Of a DNA stretch of 64,000 bases, positions 1 through 8,821 are shown one piece after another; position 1 is the stretch's first letter; the number at the start of each line of letters is the position of its first letter. Source of the stretch: Bdellovibrionales bacterium RIFOXYD12_FULL_39_22. GTDB taxonomy: Bacteria > Bdellovibrionota > Bacteriovoracia > Bacteriovoracales > Bacteriovoracaceae. Location: NCBI GenBank assembly GCA_001770205.1, contig MEQL01000035.1:1-64000 (forward strand), written 5' to 3'. The notes beneath the pieces are model-generated. The model saw only the letters and a program-made list of their open reading frames with translations, did not search any database and was not told where the DNA came from. The position numbers and the translations under genes were made by a program.

Positions 1-211
1 TGTAAATTATGAAGATAAAAAATGAGTCTGTCATTGGGGCCCCGCGTCTACGGCCCTGCGTCAAAAAAAATCAGCAAAAGATGTGGGTTAAGCTAAGGAT
101 GGTATTGTCGAAATATCAAAATGGAACTCGGTTACAGGATATCGACGACACATTGTTAATAGTTCCTTGTTTGTTGTTTAAAGTATTATTTTTTTAAGTA
201 GATTTGTCATA

Positions 212-353
212 GTAACAGGTTCTTCTACCATGGGGAAGTGACATGTTACTGCTAGAAAAAATGGCCTTAGTCCAACGGATGCTCTACGAATGCTTTTCAA
301 TGGAAAAATCCCGCCATTTATGAAAAAAACATAGAATCACGCTGACCAGTTAC
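212..353 (+). mobile_element. IS66-family (ISBst12-like) remnant: transposase C-terminus plus right terminal repeat
   Basis: 242..334 translates HVTARKNGLSPTDALRMLFNGKIPPFMKKT*, resembling the IS66 transposase tail (STxRKxG...ALRxLFxGK.P.F). It is followed by GCTGACCAGTTAC (341-353; revcomp GTAACTGGTC), an IS66-type GTAA..TTAC end. A possible left end GTAACAGGTT lies at 212. Confidence 0.6.
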
Positions 354-508
354 ACAAAATGTAACGTCGAACACGTTTGGTAATTTGGTTGGTTTTTGTT
401 TTGATCCTGGGATTGGAGCTAATCCAACTTTTTTTTGTGGAGTTTCTAGCGCCCCTGTAGAATAACGTATAATATTTATACTAAACGCCTTTGAGATTTC
501 AAGTGTGT

Positions 509-3232
509 TCAGATTGGTATAATAGGTTGGGAAGCAGAGATCTCGATTGTTTTAGAGTAGGCCATCTCCAGTCTCTCTTTAATTTCTTGAATTTTTAACA
601 TGGCATGAATGGGCGTCATATTAAGAATGTCTAGCTCTTTTATCTCAGATTCCATTTTTAAAAGATAATCAGGAACTTTTATCGGAGCTGATTTAGGTAG
701 TTGTTTTGTGTTTTTTTGCAAGACGTTTTCTTCTTCTTGCTCAAAAAGATCAAGCTGGCGAACGTTGGCCTTGGCCTCTAAATCGTCCAAAATTTCCTGA
801 GAACGGGCGAGAATATTTTTGGGCAGTCCGGCCAGTTTTGCCACATAGATACCGTAGCTTTGTGCGGCCGCTTGTTCAATCAGTCGATATAAAAATTGCA
901 CATTGCCACCGCTATGAACTGTTTCCACGGTTAGATTTTTTGCTTCAGGCGTTTTATCAATTAGATCAATTAACTCGTGATAGTGAGTGGCAAAAAGGGT
1001 GAGGGCCTTGGTGTTATGAATAAGATGCTCTACTAATGCCCAAGCAATGCTTAGTCCATCAAAGGTAGAAGTGCCTCGGCCGACCTCGTCCAAAATAATT
1101 AGTGAACGCTTGGAAGCATGTCGCAAAATTTCAGAGGTCTCTGTCATTTCCATCATGAAGGTAGACTGCCCGTTTACGATGTTATCACTGGCCCCTAGTC
1201 GACTAAACAGGTAATCGCAAACTCCAAGTGTTGCAGTTTTGGCCGGAACAAAAGATCCTATTTGTGCTAAAAATTGAATGATGGCCACTTCGCGCATAAC
1301 GGTAGTTTTTCCGGCCATATTAGGGCCAGTGATTAGGCCAAAATATTTACTCTCATTTAGCGATAGATCGTGGGTGACGAAGCGATCACGCAGAAGAGAT
1401 TTTATAAGAGGATGCCATGCCCCACGAATTTCAATTTTCTTTTCAGTTGGTATGAGAGTTGGGCAGACAAAATTTTCTTGCAGTGCCAACCAAGCGAAGG
1501 ATTGAAAGAGATCGATAGTGGATAGATCAGAGGCCAAGTTTAAAATGGCCGTCGCATTATTTTTAACATCCTCACTGAGTTTTTGAAATATTTCTCGCTC
1601 TAATTTTTCCAGATTAAATCTGGCCGAAGTTATTTCTCGCTCAAAGGAGGTTAGTTCATCTGTTGTGTAACGTTCGGCATTGACCAGTGTCTGTGTGCGT
1701 CTAAAATAGCTGGGTACTTTGTCACTATGAGAGCGAGTTACTTCAATAAAAAAACCAGTAATGTTGTTGGACTTAATACGTAGTTTGGAAATATTGCTTT
1801 CTGTTTTATACTTTTCCTCAAGTTTTTCTAATTCAGCAGTGTTGCCATTGCAAAGTAGTGCCAGTCGATCGCGCGCTTCATTCTTGCCAGGGCGAATAAG
1901 ATTGCCTTTTTCAATAGAGGCACCAATTTCGTCGTTGATTAGTTGTAAAATATTATCAGCAATGCTTTGCAAAGAGGATAGGGCGGTGGCCTCTAAGGGG
2001 GAAAAAACTCCTTCCGGGATTTTTTCCTTGATGTGCTGACGTATTTTTTCATAGATGTTAATTGTTGCGGCCAAATTTAAAAGATCAGAGGGGGTTATTT
2101 TGCCTGTAGAAGCTTTGGCCATAATGCGTTCAATATCTCGCACTTCTTTTAATTTTTCGCGAATGTTCTCCAAACGATCAAGATCTGCTTGGAAAAATTT
2201 AATCATCTTTTGTCGATTTAAAATTTCCGTTAAATTCTTTAGTGGAGTTAGAAAAATATTTTTAAGATATCTGGCACCCATGGCCGTTTTGGTGCGATCA
2301 CAAAATCCTAAAATAGAATTTTTATACTCGCTAGAGCGATTACTAACTATTTCCAACCCGCCCAGCGTGTGAATTGTTACCCCCATATTTTTATCATCAC
2401 TAATTAAGCGAAAAGGTTTGATATGCACCAGTGCACTGAGATTTTGCGTGGAGCAGACGTAGTAGGAGAGGGCGGCAATAGAGGCCAAAGATGCTTCATA
2501 TTTTTGTAGAGTCTTATCGAATTTATAGGAGGGGATTAAACGTTCGACATATAGTCCAGAATATTTAATGTCAAAGTATTCTTGGCCGATATAGGTATGA
2601 AGAATTTTTAGATTACCTAGTAATTTTTCAACCTCAGGAAAAGTTTCCCATTGGCCAAAGTAAGAGATAAATTCTTTTGGGTTAATCAGCTCAATTTTTA
2701 GTAGAAGATCTGATCTGTTTTTTAAAATATATCCAGCAAAATTTCCAGTCGTAAAGTCAAGATAGGTGAGCACAAAACTATTTTTGCTAGAATCAAAAAA
2801 GGCACTAGCGATAAAGCGCTGTTCAAAGTTATTTCCTTTTTCTTTATCTAAAGAGTAGGGAAGTCCGGGAGTTACAATTTGGGTGACGGCCCGTTTTACA
2901 ATTCCTTGCGCTTCTTTAGGATTTTCTGTTTGTTCACAAATGGCCACCTTGATGCCCAAGGCCGTGATGCGATCGATGTAGGCCTCCGCTGCATGATGAG
3001 GGATGCCAGACATCGGAATGGGAGTCTCTCCTAATTTCCCGCGATGGGTAAGCGTAATATTTAAAATTTGGGCGGCCTCTTTGGCATCTTCAAAAAAGAG
3101 TTCATAAAAATCACCCATGCGAAAAAGTAGCAGCATATCAGGGTAATTTTTTTTTATCTGATAATATTGATCCATCATGGGGGTGAGCTTTATGCCAGAT
3201 TCAAGAAGTTTTTCAATTGTGCTTTGGGCCAT
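509..3232 (-). CDS. mutS: DNA mismatch repair protein MutS
   Basis: TPMMDQY, FRMGDFYELF, Walker A TGPNMAGKTT, STFMMEM, DEVGRGTS, ATHYHEL, QLDLF clamp-binding motif. Confidence 0.98.
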   Translation of the reverse strand: MAQSTIEKLLESGIKLTPMMDQYYQIKKNYPDMLLLFRMGDFYELFFEDAKEAAQILNITLTHRGKLGETPIPMSGIPHHAAEAYIDRITALGIKVAICEQTENPKEAQGIVKRAVTQIVTPGLPYSLDKEKGNNFEQRFIASAFFDSSKNSFVLTYLDFTTGNFAGYILKNRSDLLLKIELINPKEFISYFGQWETFPEVEKLLGNLKILHTYIGQEYFDIKYSGLYVERLIPSYKFDKTLQKYEASLASIAALSYYVCSTQNLSALVHIKPFRLISDDKNMGVTIHTLGGLEIVSNRSSEYKNSILGFCDRTKTAMGARYLKNIFLTPLKNLTEILNRQKMIKFFQADLDRLENIREKLKEVRDIERIMAKASTGKITPSDLLNLAATINIYEKIRQHIKEKIPEGVFSPLEATALSSLQSIADNILQLINDEIGASIEKGNLIRPGKNEARDRLALLCNGNTAELEKLEEKYKTESNISKLRIKSNNITGFFIEVTRSHSDKVPSYFRRTQTLVNAERYTTDELTSFEREITSARFNLEKLEREIFQKLSEDVKNNATAILNLASDLSTIDLFQSFAWLALQENFVCPTLIPTEKKIEIRGAWHPLIKSLLRDRFVTHDLSLNESKYFGLITGPNMAGKTTVMREVAIIQFLAQIGSFVPAKTATLGVCDYLFSRLGASDNIVNGQSTFMMEMTETSEILRHASKRSLIILDEVGRGTSTFDGLSIAWALVEHLIHNTKALTLFATHYHELIDLIDKTPEAKNLTVETVHSGGNVQFLYRLIEQAAAQSYGIYVAKLAGLPKNILARSQEILDDLEAKANVRQLDLFEQEEENVLQKNTKQLPKSAPIKVPDYLLKMESEIKELDILNMTPIHAMLKIQEIKERLEMAYSKTIEISASQPIIPI

Positions 3233-3394
3233 GTGAAGACCTTCTATTAGTTAGCGTCATTAATGCAATTTAGTGGAGCAAAATGATTAGCATGGCCGCC
3301 ACCTATTTTAAAGAAAGAATCTCATCTTTTCTTAATGAATTTTTCACAGAAGCAGTGACAAGCAAAGGGGGAGGGAATACAATTTGGGGACGTT

Positions 3395-4390
3395 ATGTTT
3401 GTAAGCGGCCTAAAACAATCCTTAGTAATTTATCTTTTTTTGTTCATCTGCGCATACTCTTTTTATTTTGCTAATTTTGCGGATTGGTCCGAGATCGAGG
3501 TAAGTAGTAAAAAGGCCATGAATAGAAGTTACGATCAATTTAACGATAGCTATTTTTCTGAGATAGATTACTACATTTTGGACAAGAGTTCCCCTCACCT
3601 ACAGCTAAACTCTTCTGAGCTTATTTTTGATAATGTCAACAACAAGACCATTGCCCTTTTACCAATTGGTATCGTTTACTCCAAGGCCGGAACCCCTACG
3701 CACTATAGAGGGATTAAGGGCATATATTTGCAAAATGGAGAGGAGCTATCCTTAGAAGAGAGTGTTTTTATTAATTCAAAAAATTCCAACATAAGGGCCA
3801 GTGAAGTGGTCTATAACATGAAAGAAGAAAAAATCACCGCCACTAACGAAGTGAAAAGTGATTCGCAGATGGAAAAAACCAAAGATATAGTGTTTGTAGA
3901 TTCTGATCATGCCACTTATTGGCCAAAGTTGGAAAAACTCATCTATGATGGAAATGTAAGTGGCCGAATTCAGCGAAAAAAAGTTTATGAAGAGAATGTC
4001 TATTTTAAATCTAACAGGATAACGCTAAGTGGCCCAGACTCTTTGATAAATCTAGATGGGGATGTATATCTAAAAAAACAAGAGGTTGAGGCCTGGGGAA
4101 GACGCGGTGAAATTTTTCTAGAAAACTATAATAAAAAACTCAAGTATTTTGTGCTTTACGACGATATTAAACTAGAAGAGACATTGACAGTTGGAAAGGA
4201 TACTCTACTCACTCGTAAGGCCTTCGGAGAGAAGCTTGAAGGCATAATGAGTGAGGGGCTTCTTTTTCTTACTGGTTATCCACGCGTTTTTCAAGGCAAG
4301 GATGTCATAAAGGGAAACAGGATTATTCTTCGACAGAATAATCAAATTGTAGAGGTTGATGATGCCAATACAAATTTCCATGTTAAGTGA
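3395..4390 (+). CDS. LPS export periplasmic protein, probable LptC-LptA fusion (OstA beta-jellyroll)
   Basis: N-terminal TM helix, beta-rich repeats and an LptA-like C-terminus (LTGYPRVFQGKDVIKGNRI); directly upstream of lptB. Confidence 0.8.
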   Translation: MFVSGLKQSLVIYLFLFICAYSFYFANFADWSEIEVSSKKAMNRSYDQFNDSYFSEIDYYILDKSSPHLQLNSSELIFDNVNNKTIALLPIGIVYSKAGTPTHYRGIKGIYLQNGEELSLEESVFINSKNSNIRASEVVYNMKEEKITATNEVKSDSQMEKTKDIVFVDSDHATYWPKLEKLIYDGNVSGRIQRKKVYEENVYFKSNRITLSGPDSLINLDGDVYLKKQEVEAWGRRGEIFLENYNKKLKYFVLYDDIKLEETLTVGKDTLLTRKAFGEKLEGIMSEGLLFLTGYPRVFQGKDVIKGNRIILRQNNQIVEVDDANTNFHVK

Positions 4391-4416
4391 TTGTTATTAG
4401 GAAGAGGTAAGTAGCA

Positions 4417-5142
4417 ATGGTACATTTTCTAGAAGCAAGCAATCTGCACAAAAAATATGCTGGCCGCGCGGTGGTTCGCGATGTTGGGGTACGAGTAGAA
4501 CAGGGGGAGATTGTAGGGCTTTTAGGCCCTAATGGTGCAGGGAAGACTACTTCTTTTTACATGATTGTTGGTTTAATTAAGGCCGATAACGGCCATATTG
4601 AACTTTCAGGAGAAGATATTACCGACTATCCAATACACAAGCGTGCATTAAAGGGAGTTGGCTATCTTCCACAAGAGGCCTCAGTATTTCGTGATCTTAC
4701 AGTGGAAGAAAATATTTTTGCTGTTTTAGAAAACAGATCGTTACCAGGTGAGAAGAAAAAAAATCTACTTAATTCACTAATCAAAGATTTTGGATTAGGC
4801 CACATTCGACACTCTAAAGGGGCCGCGCTGTCTGGTGGAGAACGCCGGAGAGTAGAGATTGCAAGAACCTTAGCTCTCGAGCCAAAGTTTGTGTTGCTAG
4901 ATGAGCCCTTTGCGGGAGTTGATCCGCTGGCGGTAAGTGACATTCAAGATATTATTGTGGGCCTAAAAGAACGCAATATTGGTGTTTTGATCACGGATCA
5001 TAATGTTCGAGAAACGCTAGGTATTGTGGCCCGCGCGTATATTATGAGCAGCGGAGAGTTGTTGGTTAGTGGAACGCCGGAAGAGATAATTAAAAGTGAG
5101 AAGGCGCGAAAATTTTATTTGGGTGAAGAATTTAAAATGTAG
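4417..5142 (+). CDS. lptB: LPS export ABC transporter ATPase LptB
   Basis: GPNGAGKTT, YLPQEASVFR, LSGGERRRVEIAR, DEPFAGVDP, ITDHNVRETL; lies before rpoN. Confidence 0.97.
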   Translation: MVHFLEASNLHKKYAGRAVVRDVGVRVEQGEIVGLLGPNGAGKTTSFYMIVGLIKADNGHIELSGEDITDYPIHKRALKGVGYLPQEASVFRDLTVEENIFAVLENRSLPGEKKKNLLNSLIKDFGLGHIRHSKGAALSGGERRRVEIARTLALEPKFVLLDEPFAGVDPLAVSDIQDIIVGLKERNIGVLITDHNVRETLGIVARAYIMSSGELLVSGTPEEIIKSEKARKFYLGEEFKM

Positions 5143-5160
5143 GAGCAAAGGTAGTCTATC

Positions 5161-6624
5161 ATGGCCATAAAGTTATCACAGAGTTTGAAGCAAACGCAGA
5201 ACTTGATGATGACCCCGCAGTTGCAGCAAGCTATTAAGTTATTGACGCTTACTCACCTAGAGATGACTAACGTTATTGCCGAAGAGATGGTGGAAAATCC
5301 GCTACTAGAAGAACTAGATGGCGGCCAAACGGCAGAAAACAAGAGTGAGGATGAATATCGTTCAGAGAATATCGAGCAACAAAATCAAGAAGCAGTAACA
5401 GAAAATTTTGATGAGAGGCCCATGGTTTCTCAGGACGATTTTGATTGGAATAATTATATTGATGCTTCCGAATCTAACACCTATGTTCCTGTTCACCAAA
5501 AGACTGACCTTGATGATGTTCCAAATTATGAAAATATAATTTCAAAGGGAGAGACTTTGGCCGAGCATTTGGAGTGGCAGCTTCGAATGGAGAGTTTGAC
5601 AAAAGCGGAATTAGATTTGGCCGAAGAGATAATTCACAACATAAATGATGATGGTTATTTGGAGTACTCCTTTGAAGAGATCATTGCAAAATCTACATTG
5701 AAACGAGATCATGCGTTTGAAATTTTAAATATAATTCAAAGACTCGATCCGGTAGGTTGTGGCTCGGCCAATCTGACAGAATGTTTGTTGGTGCAAGCAA
5801 AAATAATGGAGGAGCGCTCTCCTCTTCTTGAGACTTTGATAAAAAATCATTTGAGTGATTTACAAAATAAAGATTACAAAAAGATTGCCAAAACCACAGG
5901 TGCCTCTATCGATGCTATCAAAGATACGGCCATGCTTTTACACAATTTCCATCCCCGGCCCGGCAGGTTAGTGGCCGCGGAGGATACTCTTTATGTGGTG
6001 CCGGATATATATGTTCATGAGGTAGGTGGAGTTTTTGTGGTTAAGGTAAACGATGAAGGAGTGCCTCGGCTTAAAATATCTGGCCTATATAAGTCGATGC
6101 TAAAGGCCAGTGGTAGTGGAAATGGAGAAGCACAGGAGTATGTTAAAGATAAGTTGCGCTCGGCCATGTGGTTAATTAAGTCGATTCAAAATAGACAACG
6201 AACCATTGTTAAAGTTTCTGAGGCGATTGTAAGACAGCAGCAGGATTTTTTTAAAAAGGGCCCGGAGTTTTTAAAACCAATGATTTTAAAAAATATTGCT
6301 AATGAAATAGGGATGCATGAATCAACGGTTTCACGAGTTACAACAAATAAGTATATGCATACACCAATCGGATTATTTGAGTTGAAATATTTTTTCAATA
6401 CTGGAGTTGGTGGTGGGAAAAATGGTGGAGTAGATGTCTCTAGCGAGGTTTTGCGTTCAAAAATAAAATCTTTTATTGAAAATGAAAATCCCAAACGTCC
6501 GTTATCTGATCAAAAGATTGCGGAAATATTAAGTAAAGATGATGTTCAAATTGCACGTAGGACCGTGACAAAATATCGGGAGATGATGGGGATTGAATCA
6601 TCTGCCAAAAGAAAGGCAACCTAG
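5161..6624 (+). CDS. rpoN: RNA polymerase sigma-54 factor
   Basis: MTPQLQQAIKLL region I, HESTVSRVTTNKY, RpoN box ARRTVTKYRE. Confidence 0.98.
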   Translation: MAIKLSQSLKQTQNLMMTPQLQQAIKLLTLTHLEMTNVIAEEMVENPLLEELDGGQTAENKSEDEYRSENIEQQNQEAVTENFDERPMVSQDDFDWNNYIDASESNTYVPVHQKTDLDDVPNYENIISKGETLAEHLEWQLRMESLTKAELDLAEEIIHNINDDGYLEYSFEEIIAKSTLKRDHAFEILNIIQRLDPVGCGSANLTECLLVQAKIMEERSPLLETLIKNHLSDLQNKDYKKIAKTTGASIDAIKDTAMLLHNFHPRPGRLVAAEDTLYVVPDIYVHEVGGVFVVKVNDEGVPRLKISGLYKSMLKASGSGNGEAQEYVKDKLRSAMWLIKSIQNRQRTIVKVSEAIVRQQQDFFKKGPEFLKPMILKNIANEIGMHESTVSRVTTNKYMHTPIGLFELKYFFNTGVGGGKNGGVDVSSEVLRSKIKSFIENENPKRPLSDQKIAEILSKDDVQIARRTVTKYREMMGIESSAKRKAT

Positions 6625-6723
6625 TTAAGGTTGAAGAAGGAGGTGATAGATAGAGAGTGAATAGCTTGATGGCATTTTGTGCTATTTTATTATCAATGTT
6701 TTTAAACCCTAGAGGGAACTATT

Positions 6724-7107
6724 ATGAATGTGACGATTACGTTTAAGCACATGGAGCATACTCCAGCATTAGATGAAAGAATTAGGGAAAAAAGCAAAAA
6801 ATTAGAGCGCTACTTCCATGGTAATTCTAATGTTAAGTGGACTTGCTATACTAAAGAAGGGAAACATTTTTCGGAGGTAGATGTCAGTGGTGCAAGATTT
6901 TCGTATCATGCCTCTGCTGGTTCGGATAATTTATATAAGTCTTTCGATTTAGTTATTGGCAAGATCGAACGACAAGTTGAGAAAAAACAACAAATCGGCA
7001 AAGATCACATCCATCATCACGCAGAAAAAAACAAAGAAGTGGTTATTTTAGATCCAGATATGGCCTGGACAGATCATGATGAAGATAATTTGGGGGATGC
7101 TGGATAG
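6724..7107 (+). CDS. hpf: Ribosome hibernation promoting factor (HPF/RaiA)
   Basis: MNVTITFKHMEHTPAL..., NLYKSFDLVIGKIERQ; canonical position after rpoN. Confidence 0.9.
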   Translation: MNVTITFKHMEHTPALDERIREKSKKLERYFHGNSNVKWTCYTKEGKHFSEVDVSGARFSYHASAGSDNLYKSFDLVIGKIERQVEKKQQIGKDHIHHHAEKNKEVVILDPDMAWTDHDEDNLGDAG

Positions 7108-7225
7108 CTTGTGTGGAAGTGCGCGCCCAAAAATAACTTCACATTCTTATCGGCCTAATTTCATAGTTTCACCTTTATCACAAATTTTTTTGGCAGGATG
7201 AAAAATGCAGAAGTAGCTGACTTGA

Positions 7226-8023
7226 TTATTTAACCACTTTTATTTTAAATGGTTGAACGCTGAAGAGGTTGCCAGATTGCCAGATAAGAATCTTAATGAC
7301 ATCTTCCTTTGCCTCAGGCCCCGCATAATAATAGAGCTTATTATTTTTGCTATCTATGGCCGAATGCGCATTACTCACCCCCAATTCAAGGCCGGATAAC
7401 GCAAGGCCATAAGTCTCAACGGACCAACTGAGTTTGCTGCCGGCGTGAACGATGGCTGGCCCCTTAAAATCCTTCAGATTCACCGCAGGCCTTGGCAGGG
7501 CGTCAGAAAGATTAATTGCTTTATGTCGGGCCATGATTGCATGTTCAATGAACATGATAATTGCTTTCTTTATATTGAATTCAATTTTTCCGGAGATATG
7601 AAATACGGCATTTTTTCGTCTATATAATATTCCACCGCTCTGAGGATTCTGGCCTGTCCATGCATTATAGTGATCGCCAATGGATTGGTCGGACACATTA
7701 GGACCGACGGAGGCCATTATTTTTTGATTTTCAACTTTTTGAATTGCCAGATCTATGCTTTCGTATACTGCAACCTGGATGAAAAGTGTTGCGGCAGAAG
7801 GGAGGTTTTTGTATTGATAGGTTGCGCCAAATTCAGTAAGCGCTTTGGCCGGTGCAGCTAAAGTTGAATCATACTCATGGATCAATGGTACTAAATCGAT
7901 AGAAGATATCAGTTTGCCGTTCATGTTTTTTCCCCATTCAGTTGCAAAAGTAACCGGGTGAAGTAGGTTAATCATTAAAAAGCATATAATTGCTGCTAAC
8001 CGGTTCAATGTGGACATTTCCAT
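7226..8023 (-). CDS. Hypothetical exported protein
   Basis: Long ORF with a signal-peptide-like segment (NRLAAIICFLMINLLHPVTFA) after Met at 8023/8017; start uncertain (ORF track gives 8113). Confidence 0.65.
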   Translation of the reverse strand: MEMSTLNRLAAIICFLMINLLHPVTFATEWGKNMNGKLISSIDLVPLIHEYDSTLAAPAKALTEFGATYQYKNLPSAATLFIQVAVYESIDLAIQKVENQKIMASVGPNVSDQSIGDHYNAWTGQNPQSGGILYRRKNAVFHISGKIEFNIKKAIIMFIEHAIMARHKAINLSDALPRPAVNLKDFKGPAIVHAGSKLSWSVETYGLALSGLELGVSNAHSAIDSKNNKLYYYAGPEAKEDVIKILIWQSGNLFSVQPFKIKVVK

Positions 8024-8280
8024 GATGCTGGGGGAACCCGCCGGTCGATTAGCAGGAGGTCGGGTGGGGCCAGTCCGAGAACCATCCGGGGCCGTTTCAT
8101 TAAAAGTTATCATTGACTCTGTTGTTCCATATTTGGCCGGTAACTGTCTAGTTCATTTTTTCACAGATCCTTAGTGGCAGATGCCGAAGCTGGTGTGGAG
8201 TGCGTTAAGGTTATTCCCGACTTTGACAGAATCCGGCCTTTATTTCGTTATATTGTACCCTCGCGGTGAACCTATTGTAG

Positions 8281-8311
8281 AAGAAGGGCCATGTGTTTTG
8301 GCCCTTCTTTT
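8281..8311. terminator. Intrinsic terminator-like hairpin
   Basis: AAGAAGGGCCA-tgtgttt-TGGCCCTTCTT, a perfect 11-bp stem ending in a T-run on the + strand. Confidence 0.7.
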
Positions 8312-8404
8312 GTCTCAATTTTTAAAATCAAGTGGCCCTCATTAATCTAGAGCGTGGGGTGGTGAGTCCGAGTGGCATCACAGAGTATCGGGGTGATCAT
8401 ACTT

Positions 8405-8782
8405 CTAGTGAAATATACAAATATTATCGATAGAAAGAGTTGAGTGGCTGTAATATATTGGTTTACCGTTATATTTATTAAATCGAATAAAAAGTTTTTC
8501 TGAAAAATTCTCTAAAAGAAAAAAAACTGAATCTTCTTTTTCAATAAAAACATTTTTTTCATTTAAAATGAATTCATTTTGGGAAGAATTTACTGAAACA
8601 AAATACACACTTTCCCTACTTAAAATATCAGGGTTAATTAGCAAATAACATTCTTCGTTGGGGCCAGAGTAGCCGATATGTGGCTGTGTGGTATCAAAAG
8701 CATAAGCATGGACTGATTCTGCAATTATAATTAACAACATTAAAAAAATCTTCATCATTTTCTTCTTAAATAAATTTTTCAT
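8405..8782 (-). CDS. Small hypothetical exported protein
   Basis: AGGAG Shine-Dalgarno (SD) before ATG; signal peptide ending VHA/AYA; very AT-rich. Confidence 0.65.
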   Translation of the reverse strand: MKNLFKKKMMKIFLMLLIIIAESVHAYAFDTTQPHIGYSGPNEECYLLINPDILSRESVYFVSVNSSQNEFILNEKNVFIEKEDSVFFLLENFSEKLFIRFNKYNGKPIYYSHSTLSIDNICIFH

Positions 8783-8821
8783 AATTATCTCCTATTTCGT
8801 AAAATAAACACACTATTGTGT

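Noticed and set aside
9..197. 62-aa ORF at the window start
   Set aside because: No recognisable motif, upstream SD cannot be assessed at the window edge, and it lies beside an IS scar; not supportable as a gene
706..2372. Several + strand ORFs inside mutS (and similar antisense ORFs throughout the window)
   Set aside because: Antisense shadows of well-supported genes
6669..6684. TGGCATTTTGTGCT before hpf as a sigma54 promoter
   Set aside because: GG-GC spacing is 8 nt, not the required 10
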